Positions 19,785 through 33,726 of a DNA stretch of 64,000 bases are shown in pieces. Positions within the stretch are counted from its first letter, which is position 1. Each line of letters opens with the position of its first letter. The translations under genes were made by a program, and so were the position numbers. Where the stretch lies: contig QPMI01000040.1 in assembly GCA_004431415.1 (NCBI GenBank), positions 1 to 64,000 of the forward strand, given 5' to 3'. The stretch is from Cyanophora paradoxa CCMP329. Taxonomy: Eukaryota; Plantae; Glaucophyta. The notes beneath the pieces were generated by a model that saw only the letters and a program-made list of their open reading frames with translations, had not been told where the DNA came from and did no database searches.

Positions 19785-22700
19785 ATGGTGCCCGAAGCGA
19801 TCGGTACGCCTGTCGACATCGCGTTCCTGTGCGACAGTCTCTTAGAATCTCTCGCCAGATGCGAGTGGGAAGCGGTACAATCCGTCGCTCGCCCTCAGCT
19901 CTCGCTCGAGGCCCGTCGACGGATCGATAGTGCCGCGCTCGCAATCGCAATGCGAGGACCGCCATCCCGCCCTTGAGGACGGCGCCGAGGACGTGGTTGA
20001 GTCGGAGGTGCCGCCCTGGACGGGCTTGCGTGGACCGCCGGCGAGGGGCGTCGACGTCGACCGAGCCGCGGCCGGAGCCGGAGCCGGCGAACATGAAACC
20101 GTGGCCGCTTCGCGTGGGCCCGGGCCGCATCATCGCCCGGCACGGCGCGAGGTACGTGCCTTCGTTTCCGAGTTCTTCCCCGCGCTGGTCCGACCCGCCG
20201 GGCCGCGGGCTGGGCCACTCAGGTTTCTGTCTTCGTCTCGGGGCCGTTCCAGGACACCGCAAGCGAGTTCGATGCGATCCGGCGGCGCGCCGCGCCGCGG
20301 CTCCGCGCCCTCTGCGCCGAGCGAGGCGTCTTCTTTCAGCTCGTGGACCTGCGGTGGGCGAAACCCCGCCCCGCCCCGCCCCGCCCCGCCCCGCCTCGGC
20401 TCACCGCGCGGGAGCGAAGGTGGGGCGTGTCGCGCGACGAAGTGCGGCGGGGCGAGCTGCTCGTCCGATGCATCCGCGAGGCGCAGCGGGCGACCTACTT
20501 CGTCGGCCTGCTTAAGGCGCGCCCCGCCCGCCTCATATGATCTGATCCGGGGCGGACCGCACGGGCCTCCGCCCCGCCCCGGCCGGCCATATGATCCGGG
20601 ACGGGCGGATGGCCCTGTTACTAACGTCCCGACAGGGCCGGTACGGGCGCCGGCTGGCGAATCCAGGTGCTTCTTCTCTAAAGCCCTCTGAGGAGCGCAT
20701 CATGCAAAGGCGCGCCGCGCCGCCCGTACCCCCCCGCGACCCGGCGCCGACGCCGGCGCCGCAGGAGCCTCGCGCAGGCCGAATCGGAGTACCCCTGGGT
20801 GCGGGCCTGTCGGGACCAGTCCCTCACGGAGGTCGAGATGCGCGCCGCCGCCCTGAACGACCCGGCGGTGCCCCCCACTTTCGAGCCGTACCGTCCCTCT
20901 CCGGGGCCTCGAACCGGGCCGGGGTGCTGCAGGCGGCCCGCGAACGGAGTCTGTTCTATTTCGCGGAGGGTCAGCCGGGCTCGCCGGCGGACGCGGATGG
21001 GTCCCGCCGCGTGGCCGCGCTCAAAGGCGAGGGCGGGGCCCCTCATATGACCCGCTTCACCCCTCCCACCTTCAGCCGTCGCTCACGTGAGTCCGCGGCG
21101 GGCAGAGGAGATCCGCGGGGCGGGCATGCGCGTCGCCGGCTTCGAAGGACCAGAGGACCTCGCAGCGTCCCTCGCCGACGACCTCGCCGGGGTACGCTTT
21201 CGCGCGCCGCTTGCCTCGCGGCCTCGATCCCCTGCCCCCCCTCCCCCTAATCGTTTCTCCCCTCCCCAACGCACCGACGCCGGTACCCCGTCCGCCCCCC
21301 GCAGCTGATCGAGAAGGACTACCCCCTCGAGGCCCTTCCCTGGCTCGAGGCCGAGCGCGCGCAGCAGGTACCCCCTCCCCCCCCCCCCCCTCCCCCGGCC
21401 CCCTTCCTGTCTCCTTTTCTTTTCCCCCTCTTCCTCGCCTCGCCCCAGCCTCAGACGTCGACCGCAGGCCTCGTTCGCGGAGGGACGGCGGCGCTGCTTC
21501 TGCGGGGACGAGTCGGACGCAGAGGCGCTGGATGCGTACGCATCGGGCAGCGGGCCCGAGGTGCGCGAGGGCTGGCAGGGCTCAAAGAAAAGATGTCCTA
21601 AGATAGGAGGCCGCCGCGGCGCCTAGACAACCTAGAACCTATCCTATAGAACCTATCCTATCTAGAACCTAGACTGTCTCGAACCCAGGTGCGCGCGCGC
21701 GCGTGAGGCCCGAGGGGTCGAGAAGGGCTCGGAGGAGGGGATCCACGGAATCGGGGATCTATTCTTTACTCTTTACTCTTTTGTTCTTTATTCCGGGACC
21801 GAGAAAGAGTTCGGAAAAGAAGATAGATCCACGGAACCCGAGATCTATCCTTTACTCTTTCCGATGCCTTCTGATTAATCATGATCGTCCGCAGATTTTC
21901 GTTCTTAGTAGCGCCGGGGGCCTTGGAAAGAGCGGTGCGCGCGCGGCACTCCCGAGCTTCACGATCGGAGCCTTTGGAATTTTTAATTTATGAGGGGCCT
22001 GTCCTCGCTTTTAAGGCCTAGGGGCCTGTAATCTTTCTCGAGCGATGGAGTGGGGCTAGCCAGCCGCTCGTAGGCTCTGAGACTGTACCGGGGCCGCAGC
22101 GACGCTGGCGAGCTGGGCGGCGCGCTGGGCGGGGGCGCACCCCGCCGACCTCACCGTCGCGGCGTTCATCGGGGGGACCAACGGCTCCTCCCTCCTCCCC
22201 TCCCTCGCCCGGTGCGCCCCCTGCCCCGGCCCGCCCCGCCCGGTTTCCGCTTCTAGCCTCGAAGGCCGCAAAGTCTCAGAAAGACGCTGTATAGCTCTTT
22301 TCTAGCTCTCATCTTATCTAGCCGGCAACGATCGCTGTGGATCTAAATCTAGACCTAGAGGGAAGGGCGCTGTATGTAGATGTAGAGGGAAATCCTTCCC
22401 TCCCTCCCGTGGCTGACGGGGCCCGCGGGGCGCGCCGGCGGCAGACGGCTCGCGGAGGAGGCAGCGGCGCGGTGGCCGGCCCTGCCGCAGCTCGACTGGC
22501 GCGGCTGCGACGCCGAGCTCGCGGTGCGCTCGCGCCTCCTCCTTGCCCTCTCAGATCGAATTCCTTCTCTGCCCCCCGTCTTCTTCTCTGCTTGCTTGCT
22601 GCATTGATTTTTCAACATTGACCGTCGAGATCGGCAAATTATAAGATTCCAAGCCCCGCTCCTCGCGCCCACAGCTGCAGATTTCTGTTTCTCTTTCTCG

Positions 22701-25700
22701 ATCACGTCGAACGATCTTTTTTGAGGTCCCCTTCGACACAAGTCCTGCCTGACCGAGCGGCGCGCAGATCCGGCTGCAGGCGTGGCTCTCCGCCGCGGCG
22801 GCGGTCTGGCCCGGCCGCGCCGTAATCGTACTGGACGCCGTCGACCAGGTGAGTGAGCGGAAACATAGAGAACAGGTTTTGAAGATAACAGTGAGCGGAA
22901 ACATAAAAACAAATGTTTATGCATGTTGCATCCGTTCGGTTCTCTTAGCATTGCAGCCGTCATATATAGCGCTGGGCCATCCAGCGTGCATGTGGATCGA
23001 TCCGGACCTGTGCATCTGCATCCGCAGCTGACGCGTGCGCGCGCGGCGCCGGCGCCGGCAGCTCCGCGGCGAGCCGGCGGCGCGCTCCCTGTCCTGGCTC
23101 CCGCCGGCGGGCCCCGCCCTCCGCATCGTCCTATCTTCAGCCCCCGGTCCGTTTCTCGCTTTGCTTTTCTCGCTTTTCTCCGCTTTTTAATTGAGTGACG
23201 TCGGGCAGGCCCCGCGCTGGAGGCGGCGCGGGCGCGCCCGCACGTGCACCGCGAGCTGGCGGCGCTGGACCCGGACCGCAGGCGGACCCTCGCCCACAGG
23301 CTCCTCGGGGTGCGCCCGCCCCCCCCCCCCCCCCCCCCACTAAGTTGAGAACTTATTTGGCCGAATCCGAAGGCCAACAGTTGTTATAGATAATCCAGAT
23401 ATTTCTAATATAAACAAAGAAGATATCATAAGCTGCCGCCTCCCGCCCTGCTGATCCGCCCCCGCTTGCTTGCTTGCTTTCTTCTCTTTACGCTCGCGGC
23501 GCGGGCGCGGCGAGCAGGCGCAGGGCCGTTCCCTTGACAAGGAGCCACTAGACCGCATCGTCTCCAGCCCGGCCTGCGGCAACGCCGTGCGCGGAGCTGA
23601 GCTCCGCTCTTTTGGGGGCGGATCCTTATCATAATTACTGCGCGCCCCCTCAGCTCTTCCTCACGACGCTGCTGGAGGACCTCTCGACCTGCGCCACGGG
23701 TGCAGAACTGGAGGCGCGCCTCGAGGCCCGCCTCGCGCTGCGGGGCCCCGCCGAGCTCTACCGGGCGCTGCTGGAGGACCTGCGAAGGCGGCACGGGCGG
23801 CTGGTGGCCGAGGCGACGGGGGCGCTGCTGTGCTGTCGGCACGGCCTGGCGGAGGCGGAGCTGGCAGCCTTCGTGGGCGCCGGCGAGCTCGAGCGCGGCG
23901 GGCCCTCCGAGGTCCTAGGCCTTTGCCCTTCCTCTTTCCATCTACGTTTGTCTGCAGCGGCCTTACTTACTTTCCTCGCAGGAGGAGTGGGCGGAGCTGT
24001 GGTACCACCTCCACCCCATGCTCGCGCCCCGCGGTGCGCGTCGTTCGCTTCCACCGCTCACATGAGCGTGCCTCACCGTCTGTGGGATCTGATCCGCGCT
24101 CAGACGGTCTCTACGGATTCCTGCACCGATGCGCCGCCGAGGTGAAAACATGGAACCTCCCATCTCGCACTGACTCGATTCGATTCGATTCGATTCGATT
24201 CGATTTCGGCGCAGGCCGTCGCCGAGGCCTTCGGGCTCCGCGACGAGGCGGGCCCCGCCCGCACCGCGCTCTACGCCCGCCTCGGCGACTTCTTCGCCCG
24301 AAGCGTTCGTTCAAGTTTACTTTGCTATGTATCTGGTAGAAGCTACCAGATGATCATGATTTAACGACGAGGGCTACCAGGCGCCCGGGGAGAGGCGGGC
24401 GCAGGAGGCGCCGTGGGCGCTGGCGCGGGCGGGCCCCGGGGCGGGCGCCCGCGGGCGCCTGGCCGAGCTGCTCTGCTGCCCCGACGTCGTGAGGCGCCTG
24501 GACCTCTACGAGACCGCCGAGCTCTGGAGGCAGGTGCGTGCGGATCAGATCCGCGCATCAAAGGCCGATGAAGAGATCAAACGAAGACAGTGAGGTTTAA
24601 ATCTTACCTGACCTCGCCCAACTGGCGCAGAGCGGGGAGGCGGCGGGGGCGGCCGCCCGCTTCGCGGCCCGCGCCGGGCCCGGCCTCGGGTCCGCTTAAG
24701 CTCGCTCGCTCCGATTCCCGCCAAATTTCAAATTCAAATTCCGATCTTCGTCCTTCCCGCCAGGACGGACCCCGCGCACCTCGTGCGGGTGGGGGAGACG
24801 CTAGAGCGCATCGGGCGGGCCTCGGACGGCACCCCGTTCCTCCAGGTCCGTGCCCCCTGATTTGATTGTGGCGCCTACGGGGGGGGCGGGGCCGGGACGG
24901 GGCTGTTTCTCGCATGGGGGGCCGCGAATATAGCCCGTCCTGCTCCCCAGCGCCGCGCATGTGGGGCCCGGGCCCTGGTTGTCTCACGCCCGCTCGCGGC
25001 CGCCGCTCGCGCAGCGGGCGCTTGAGCTGCTGGAGGGCGGCGGCGCGGGCCCCGACGGCCCGCAGCCGCGGCTGGAGGCGGCTTCCGTGCGGCTGCACCT
25101 CGGCCGCCTCTACCACGTCCAGGTGCGCTAGAGCTTGGAGGGCTCGGGTCTCGAGCTTCGAGGGCTTAGAAGGGAGGCTTAGCTCAGAAGGTTTCGATCT
25201 AGAGCTTTTTGAGTTAGTTGAGGTTCAGCTGAGCCCTCCACCACGTCCGGGTGCGCGCCTCTTAGAGCTAGAAGGCCTTAGAGCTAGCTTAGAGCTTTTA
25301 GAGTTAGTTTAGGTTCAGCTGAGGCCGGGTTAGGAGCTTCTCTGCTTAGCTTCTCCACCCGCCGAGCTGAAGGGCTGAGCTTGAGCTTCGAGGGCTGGGC
25401 TTGTCGAAGAGCGTCAAGGCCCGGGCTTGGCCTGGGGGGGAACACTTCTTGAAGGCCTAGAGCTTCGGCGGCTTAGCTTGTTGGACGGACGGCCGGGGCG
25501 CACCTCGGCCTGTCTTTGCGCGCGCGGCCCCGCCCGCCTCACTTTCCCCGCGAACAGGGGGAGTACGGGGCGGCGCTGGGGCAGATCTAGATCTGCCCCA
25601 GGGCCTAGATCTGGGCCTAGGTCTAGATCTAGACCTTCAGATCTAGATCTGCCCCAGCGCCGCCCCGTACTCCCCCTGTTCGCGGGGGAAGGGCACTACC

Positions 25701-28342
25701 GGGCCTAGATCTAGATCGCCGCTTCGCGGCGCCCCCGAAGTACATCTAGGCCTAGGGGCGGCCCGGCCTGGAGGTCTAGATCTAGAGCTTTGAGGGCTTG
25801 GCTTGTTGAACGGCCGAGGCACACCTTCGCGCGCCCCCGCCCGCCTCACTTCCCCCGCGAACAGGGGGAGTACGGGGCGGCGCTGGGGCACTACCGGGCG
25901 GCGCTGGCGGCCCGCGAGGCGGCGCTCGGGCCCGACCACATCGACACCGGCGGTGAGCCGAGAAGGGTCTAAGGAGATTGGGATAGGGCCGCGCGCGGGC
26001 GGCCCTCTTTAAGGGGCTAAGCGTTGAACTATAGGGCCGCGCGATTGTGATAGGGCCGCGGGCGGGCGGGTGCGCCCGGAAGGAAGGGGCTAAGAGGCTC
26101 GCTATAGGGCCGCGCGCCCGGCTGCGGGGCCTTCTCGAGAAGAGCGAAGAAGTCTCTTAGCCCTGGAGTGCTGGTCTAAGAACATTGGGATAGGGCCGCG
26201 CGCGGGCGGCCCTCTCGAGAAGAGCGAAGAAGTCTCCTAGTCCCTTCTCTAGCCCTGGAGCGCTGACGCCCCCGGCCCCCGCAGCGGCGCTGCACTTCCT
26301 GGCGATGCTGCACCAGGACCGCGGCGAGTACGCCGCCTCCCAGCCCCTCTACGAGGTCCGCGCGCGCGCGCCACGGCCCTCGATCCATTAAGCTTCGGAG
26401 GACGGCTCCGGCGCGCTCGCTCGCTTGCTCGCTCGCTCTGGGCGCAGCGGGCGCTGGCGGTGCAACAACTTATAGAAGATCTAGAATTTATAGATCATGG
26501 CACACTGTAAAGTTCCGACGCTCGCTCGTGGCGCAGCGGGCGCTGGCGGTGGCGGCGGGCCACCTCGGGCTCGACCACCCGAGCGCCGCCTCCGTCCTCC
26601 GCGGCCTTGCCATGCTCCTCCAGGTCCCTTCCTCCCTTTCCTTTTCGTTCCTTTTTGTTTCCTTATTTCTTCCTTCTGCAGGACCGGGGCCGCCTGGAGG
26701 AGGCCCTGCCCCTCTTCCAGCGGGCCCTCGCAGTGCACCGGAGCGCCCTGGGGCCCGAGCACCCCGAGACCGCCGGGTGCGCCTCCTCTCTCCTTTCTAG
26801 AAGGCGGGAGATCCTAGGGTTCCAAGACTCAGATCTGACCTGACCTGAACTTCGCCGCGGCGTGCGCTCAGGTCGATGTACGAGCTGGCCCGGCTCTGCC
26901 TGGCGCGCGGGAGCGTCCCCGCCGGCCTCCGCCTCTACGAGGTCACCTCACCTCAGATCTGATCTGATCTGATCTGATCTGATCTGACCTGAAATGACCT
27001 GCACTCCGCAGCGGACGCTGGCGATCTGCGAGCGGGGCCTGGGGCCCGAGCACCCCTCCAGCGCCATGGTCCTCCAGGTGCTCAGATCAGATCTGAGCTT
27101 CCTTTCCGTTCCTATTCGTTCCTTTTTGGTTCCTTTTGAGCCTCTCTTATGCCTCCGCAGCTGGGGGCGGAGCTGGCGGCGGCGGCGGGGCGCCCCGCAG
27201 AGGCCTTCCGCCTGTGCGAGGTGGGCCCGGACCCCTTCTTGCCTCCTAGGCCTGGTAGACGCTGGGGAGAGCGCCGCCCCTCCTAGAAGAGCCAAGGACC
27301 CGCGGCCCCCTAACCTCCCACAAGGCCGTCTGCCGAGCTAAGAGCGCCGCCCGAGCCGCCCGCTGAGGTGGGCCCGGGCCCCTTCTTGCCTCCTAGGCTA
27401 GAGTGCCGCCCCTCCTAGAGAGGCGTGTGCGCCCGAAAGAGCGGTCCCCTACCCTAATCCCTTCGGCCCGCTAGACGCCTCCTCTCCTAGAAAAGGCCGT
27501 CCCACGGTTCCCTAGCCTCCTGCGGGCCTCCCCAGACCCGCGGACCCCCGGCGATCGACCCCCGCTCTCCACTGACTCTCTGCGGGGAGCCTGCCAAGCG
27601 AAGAGCGCCGCCCCCGCTCCCCGCTGACTCTCTGCCGGGCGGGGCGCAGCGGGCGCTCGGGATCCGGGGGCGCCTCTTCGGGGAGCGCCACCCCTGCACC
27701 GCCGCCAGGTGACCGCGGGCCTCTTGCCCCCGCCAAACGTTAGATCTAGAATATCAGCCCGGCGGGCTAAAGCTAGCTTAGCTAGCTAAAGCTAGCTGGC
27801 TGGCCACCTCTCCCCTCCGCCACCCCTGCACCGCCGCCAGGTGACCCCGGGCTTCTTGCCCCCGCCGAATATCAGAATATCAGCCCGGCCGGATCCCAGC
27901 GCCCGCCTCTAGCTAGCTGGACGGCGGGTCACCTCTCGCGCCGAGAGGCTGACTGGCCTGTCTTCGGCGGGCTAAAGCTAGCTGGCTGGCTGGCCACCTC
28001 CTGCCCTCCCCCTCCCTCCCTCCCTACCTCCCTCCCTCCGGCTTGCGTGAGCTTCCCTAGGCCTCCGGGCAGCGCGCACGGGCTGGGGGAGCTCTAGAAT
28101 AGAATATGGGAGAGGCCCCGCCGAGCATTAGGATATCAGCCCGGCCGGAAGGCGAGGGAGGGAGGGAGGGGAAGAGGCAGGCCTGTCTGTCTGTCTGCCT
28201 GTCTGTCTGCCTGGCTGACTTGGGCTTCCCTTCGGCCAGCGCGCACGGGCTGGGGGAGCTCTGCTTCGCGGCGGGGCGCCTGGGCGAGGCCCGCGCCCTC
28301 TTCCAGGTACCCCCCGCCCCCTCCCCTCCCCGCCCTAGACTA

Positions 28343-28381
<39 letters not shown>

Positions 28382-30146
28382 GGACTAGCTAGCTTGCTTG
28401 CTTGCGCTGGAAGCCCCGCCGCGCCCCGCCCTAGACTAGCATGTCTCCTCGCCTCGGGCCGACCTGCATAGACTAGTTGGAATCTCTCATGCACTTGAAA
28501 CTCTAAAGAACGGCGCCGCCGTCTGTCTCCGTCTCCCGGGCTACTCGGGCCGACCTGCTGGGGCGCCTCGCGTCGCAGGGGGCGCTGGAGGTCTTCCGGG
28601 GCAGCCTCGGGGAGGCGCACCCGGACGCCGCCTCCGCCGCCCACTGCCTCGCCGCCGTCCTCCACCAGCAGGTGCGCCGGATACGAGATAGGCGAGACTT
28701 TGTTCTAGACATTGTTCTAGAGAATCGCGGCCCGGCGGTCCCTCCAAACTCTGAGCTGACGCTAGTAGAGCTTCTAGGGGTCTGGTCGCTAGTAGATCTA
28801 GTCTAGTAGATTCCAGATCTAGCTAGGGTCCAGTTGTCCTAGAGCGTCGCGGCCCCAACTCTGAGCTGACGCCGGCCGCGCGGCGCGCAGGGTGAGCTGG
28901 CGGGGGCGGCGGGGCTGTACGGGGCGGCGCTGGCGGCGCGGGAGGCTGCGCTGGGGCCCGCCCACCGCGCCACGGGCGCCACCCTCCGCTGCCTTGCTCT
29001 CCTCCGGTCCGCCCCGCCCCGCCCGCAGCCTTAGAGATTTAGAGATTGAAATGGGTACGGTGGAGGGCGGTGGAGGGCGCCCCGCCCCGCCCGCGGCCCT
29101 AGGAATTGATGATGGGGGGCCAAGCCCTGGGCGCTTCGAAATCGTTTTGCGTTGCTGACGCATCTTTCTGCGGCGGTGTACCCAGGGAAGAGGCGGGGGA
29201 GCGGGCCGCCGCCGTCGCCCTCTACCAGGTACCCGTACCCCCCCTCCCCCTCCCCCCTCCCCCCTTCTCTCAGTTTTCGAGTTTGCCATCCTTCCTTATC
29301 GGCCCGTCTCTCTCTCGATCGGCTCGCTTTAGATTGGTTTTAATGACGCCCCTCGTCTCCTTCTCGCAGAGGGCGCTCTCCGTCCTGGAGAGGGCGGACG
29401 GGGCGCCTGCGCGGCGCGAGGCGGAGGCGGCGCGGGGCGCCCTCGAGCTCGCCGCGCGCGCCCCGCCGCGCCTCGCGTGCCACGAGGGCCCGTCGGCGGC
29501 GGGGGCGGAGGAACCGGTACCCCCAGGGGTGGAGGGGGAGGAGTGGACGGTGCTTCTGCTGGGCCCCGGGGCGGAGGCCAAGCGGCGGGTGGCGCGGCTC
29601 CTCACGGGCCGCGGGGACTACGCCGGCGTGCCCCCCAGCGCGGTCCGTTCTGCCACATGCGAGGGAGAGAAGAAGATCATAAGATGTACTGGGCGATACA
29701 CATATGAATAAGAATCGACTTAAAAGGCAAGATCTAGAACACTTCCTACGCTATCTATCTATGCCTGCCTCCTCGTTCGGTCCCGGCCCAACTTTCGCCT
29801 CACCAAACCGGGCCGCCCTTCCCCCGCGCAGTGCGCGGCGGTGGTGCAGGGGGAGGCGGCCGTGGGCGCCGGCCGGCGGAGGCTGCGGGTGGTGGACACG
29901 GCGGGGCCGCGCCGCGCCGCCATCGACGACGTCCTCGGCGAGGTGAGTGGGAGCGAACATATATGTCCAGACCCCTGAGAGCGAGATCGTGACCGCTAAC
30001 ATATCAACATTCCCCGTCTCTTACACAACGAATGCGCGAATGCGCGCGCGCGTACGCGTGTACGTGTGCAGGCGTCGGCGTTCTGCCCGGAGGGCTTCAG
30101 CGCTCTCGTCGTCGTCGCGGAGGTGGGCGCCAGCGCCAGCGCCGAG

Positions 30147-30177
<31 letters not shown>

Positions 30178-33015
30178 ACACTGCTTCGGACGAGGTGCGC
30201 GAAATCAATAGGGGGGGCCCTGAGGAGAGCATGAGGGAATGAAGATCCCGGAACTAAACGCGAGGCTCTCGCTTAGTTTTTCCAGACGAGTTAGCTCAAG
30301 CGCAGCCATAAGCAAACCTTATTATAAGCTGGGTTATAAGTTATAGCTAAATGTAAGCTGGGCGGGTCGGGCGGGGCGGGGCGAGCGGGCCTGGGCGAGC
30401 TCTCACTTAGTTTTTCCGGACGAGCTAGCTTGCTGGCCATCAGCTAGAATCTGGAGGCGGCGCGCCCCGACTTCGGTTGGATGTGCCCCTGACTTCGCCC
30501 CCGCGCACGGCAGTTCTTCGACGTGCTGCGGGTGGCGGTGCTGGGGCGCGCCGGCGAGGCCCGCGCCGTCGTCGCCCTCGTCGCCCACGCCGCCTCGCCC
30601 GGAGGGGGCCCCCGCCCCACAGAAGAAGAAGAAGGAGGAGGAGGAGAAGGCGTGGAAGCGGTCCGCGCAGAGGAGGAGGAGGAGGGGGAGGCTCCTTCGC
30701 GCCGGTGGGGCCGCGGCCTCCGCGCGATGGTCGAGTCCTGCGGGCGCCGCTGCGTCGCCTTCGGATCGAAGCTCGTCGACTCCGACGGCGGCGCCGGCGC
30801 CGGCGAGGCGGCGGGGGCCGCCGCCGCCGCGCGACGGGCGCTCCTCGCACACATCGCCGCAGTGGCGTCGGCGTCAGAGAAAGAGGCGGGCGCGAGGGCG
30901 GGGCGGTGCTTTTTCGCGCGGGAGATCGTCCAGGGGGCCGCCCTCTGGCGATGCCGCCCCCGGCGCGCCCCGGACGCCGTGCGCCGCTCCCCTCCTCCAC
31001 GCAGGCCTAAAAGATGCATATAGGCCGAGCTCACTCTCCCGCGCAGTGGCAGCGGGCGGCGATGGACGTTGGCGATGTCCTCGCACGCCTCCGCCTCCAC
31101 TCCCTCGACGGTGCCCCGCCCCGCCCCGCCCCAGAGACTCTCCCGCCCACCGCCCGCCCGCCGCCTTCGTTCGCGGCCAGCGCTCCGCGTGGTCGCCCTC
31201 GTCGACCACGAGAACGACCAGGTCCGCCCCCGAGCTCCCCTCCCGAGAACGACGGGAAATCCAGTGAAATCCAGTGAAATCCAGTGAAATCCAGTGGCAT
31301 CTAGTGCGAACGAAGTCTAGTGAATCTAGGGGGGGAGGGGGGGGGGGGGGGGCCTAACAGTCTCCCGCGGCCGCCTGCCTGCCCCGCTCCCTTCCAATCT
31401 CGTCCGCTCTCTCCCCCAACCCCGCCCCCCCGCAGCGGGCGGCGGGGTCGCTGCTGGAGGCGCCCCCGCTGCTCTCGCACGCGCGCACCCTCGTCTTCTA
31501 CTGCCAGGACGCCCCCGCCGCCCACCGTCTCCGGTCCGCCCCTCCCGCCCCGTTCCCTAATTAGAACCGTTCCCGTTCCGCTCTAGCAGATCTAATTAGA
31601 TTCTAATTATATAAACTTTACGAGCGGCGGCGCCTCGCCCCACCGCACCCCGCACTCCGCTCGCGCTCATGTGATCTGACTGATCCGACTCACCTGAGCA
31701 GGGTGCTGGAGGACCCCGAACGCTCGGGGCGGCCCGACCTCCTCGCCATCCGCGCCCCGCACGCCCGCCGCAACGCCGCCGACTTCGCCCTCACACAGGT
31801 ACCCCCCTCCTCTTCCCCCCCGTCCCCCCTAGAGGAACGAAACGAGGGAAGCGAGCTAGAGAACGATCTGTACCTCTGCGTAGCTTAGCCCATTTACCTG
31901 CTCTTGTCCGTCCCGTCCGATCCGACGGACGAGAGCAGGCAAATGCGCTTAGCTGGCTGCTAGGCCCATTTCTCTTCCCCCCCTGCTCTCAGGCTCAGGC
32001 CCATCCGCCCCGCGCCGCCCATCCACCCCGCGCCCCGTCGCCCGGCCCCGCCCCTGCCCTGCCGGCCTCGCCCCTCTCACCCGCACGCCCGCCCGCCCCT
32101 CCAGTGGGCCGGCCTCCTGCACGCCCTCGTACCCCTCTCGTGCAAGGTTACCCCCCCTCTAACCCCCTGATTCTCTACCCCCTCCTGACACTCTACCCCC
32201 CCCCCCCAAGTTCCTCGTGGTCTCCCAGGACGGCGCCCTCGTGGACCTGGCCTCCGGCCTCCTCCAGGCGCGCCGCTCACCTGACTCTGATCCCGATTCC
32301 GATCTGATCTGATCTGATCTGATCTGATATGATCTGATTCCGATGGGACGCAGGCGCGGGCGCGGCCCTTCGCCGTTGTCGCGGGGCACCGCATCAACCT
32401 CTGGTCCCGCATCCTCGGTGCGCCCGCTCTCCTTGTATATACAAGCAATCCGTCAACTACATCCACCTTTGGCTTGGGACCTCGAGCTTTCTGGGTCCAA
32501 TCTGAGGCTTTTCGACGCAGCGGAGCTTGAGGCGGTGGAGCGGACGCGCCCCGGCTGGGCCGGCCTCAGGCGAGCCGCTCACCTGAGTCTGATTCGATCC
32601 GATCCGATCGGATCTGATTCCGGCGCCAGGGAGATCCGCGCGGCGGCGCTGCAGCGCTTCGCCCCGCGGGCGGCGGCGCGTCTGGCGGCGGACCGGCCTA
32701 AGGCATGCTCCTCGGCCTGGAGCCTCCTGCGCAACACGGTGCGCCGCGTCCGCACACGAACACCGCGGACCCTCAGACGGGCGCCGCCTCAGGTGATGCG
32801 GCCGGCGGAGCGTGAGCTCTTTGGCGGCGAGGCGCACGCGGCCGCCGTCGCCGGGGCCTTGGCCGCCTGCGGCGCCTTTCTTGCCCCGGACGGTGAGACA
32901 GAGACGGGGCGGTAGAGGGGAAACTGAGAGGGGGGGTCTGACGTCTCCGGCGCGGCGCGGCGCGGCGCGGCGCGGCGCGCAGGGCGTGGGGAGGTTCGGT
33001 ACGGCCCCGCAGCGT

Positions 33016-33068
<53 letters not shown>

Positions 33069-33726
33069 CCTGCGCCCTCTGGGTTCTCCGGTACCCGCCT
33101 GGTGCGCGACTTCGCTTCTTTCTTTTTTCTTTCGAGCCGAGGAAACGCACCCTACCCCCCCGCCATCTGAGCTCCAGTCTCCCGATCAGACGAGGAGCCC
33201 GTCGCCCATCGACGCCCCTGCGGAGGCGGAATGCGAGCCCGCGCGCAGGAAGGTCCTCCGCGCGTCCCCCGGCCACGACATCGTGGGGCTGTTCGGCCGC
33301 GCGGCGCGCCCTGTACCCCCCGGCCCGGAGGAGGAGACCCTCTCGGACCTCGGCTTGGTCGTTCAGAGCCGTGGCGCGCCGCTGCCGGCGCCGGCGCCGG
33401 CGCAGGCGGCCGCCTGCCAGCGCCCTGTACCCCCCGAGCGCGAGCGCTGCCGCTTCTTCCCCCCCGCCGGGGGCGGGTGCCGCCGGGGGGCGAAGTGTCC
33501 TTTCGCTCACGAGGGGCCGGGCGCGGCCCCCGCCGGCCACGTGCACGGGCCCGCCCTCGGCCTCATTCACGGCCTTAGCCTGGAGGAAGTGCTGGCGGAC
33601 CCGCCCGGGGGCGAGGGGCCGGGGCCGGACTGGGCGAGGGCGAGCTCGAGGGAGGAGAAGCTTGAGCTTCAAGCCCGGCAGGCGACTGCAGCGGCCGGCG
33701 AGTCGCGGTCGCTTTCACCCCTGTGA
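19785..33726 (+). CDS. Large multi-exon NPHP3/TEP1-like STAND protein: DUF4062-NACHT-TPR-AIG1/GIMAP-like-PIN/NYN-like-CCCH zinc finger
   Basis: VSVFVSG.FQD...LCAERGVFFQLVDLRWGV (DUF4062); SSAGGLGKS and VIVLDAVDQ (Walker A/B); LGPEHPETA-type TPRs; TVLLLG...LRVVDTAG...VESCGRRCVAF (AIG1); LVDHEN...NAADFAL...FLVVSQDG (PIN); CRFFPPAGGGCRRGAKCPFAH. Start uncertain. Confidence 0.75.
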
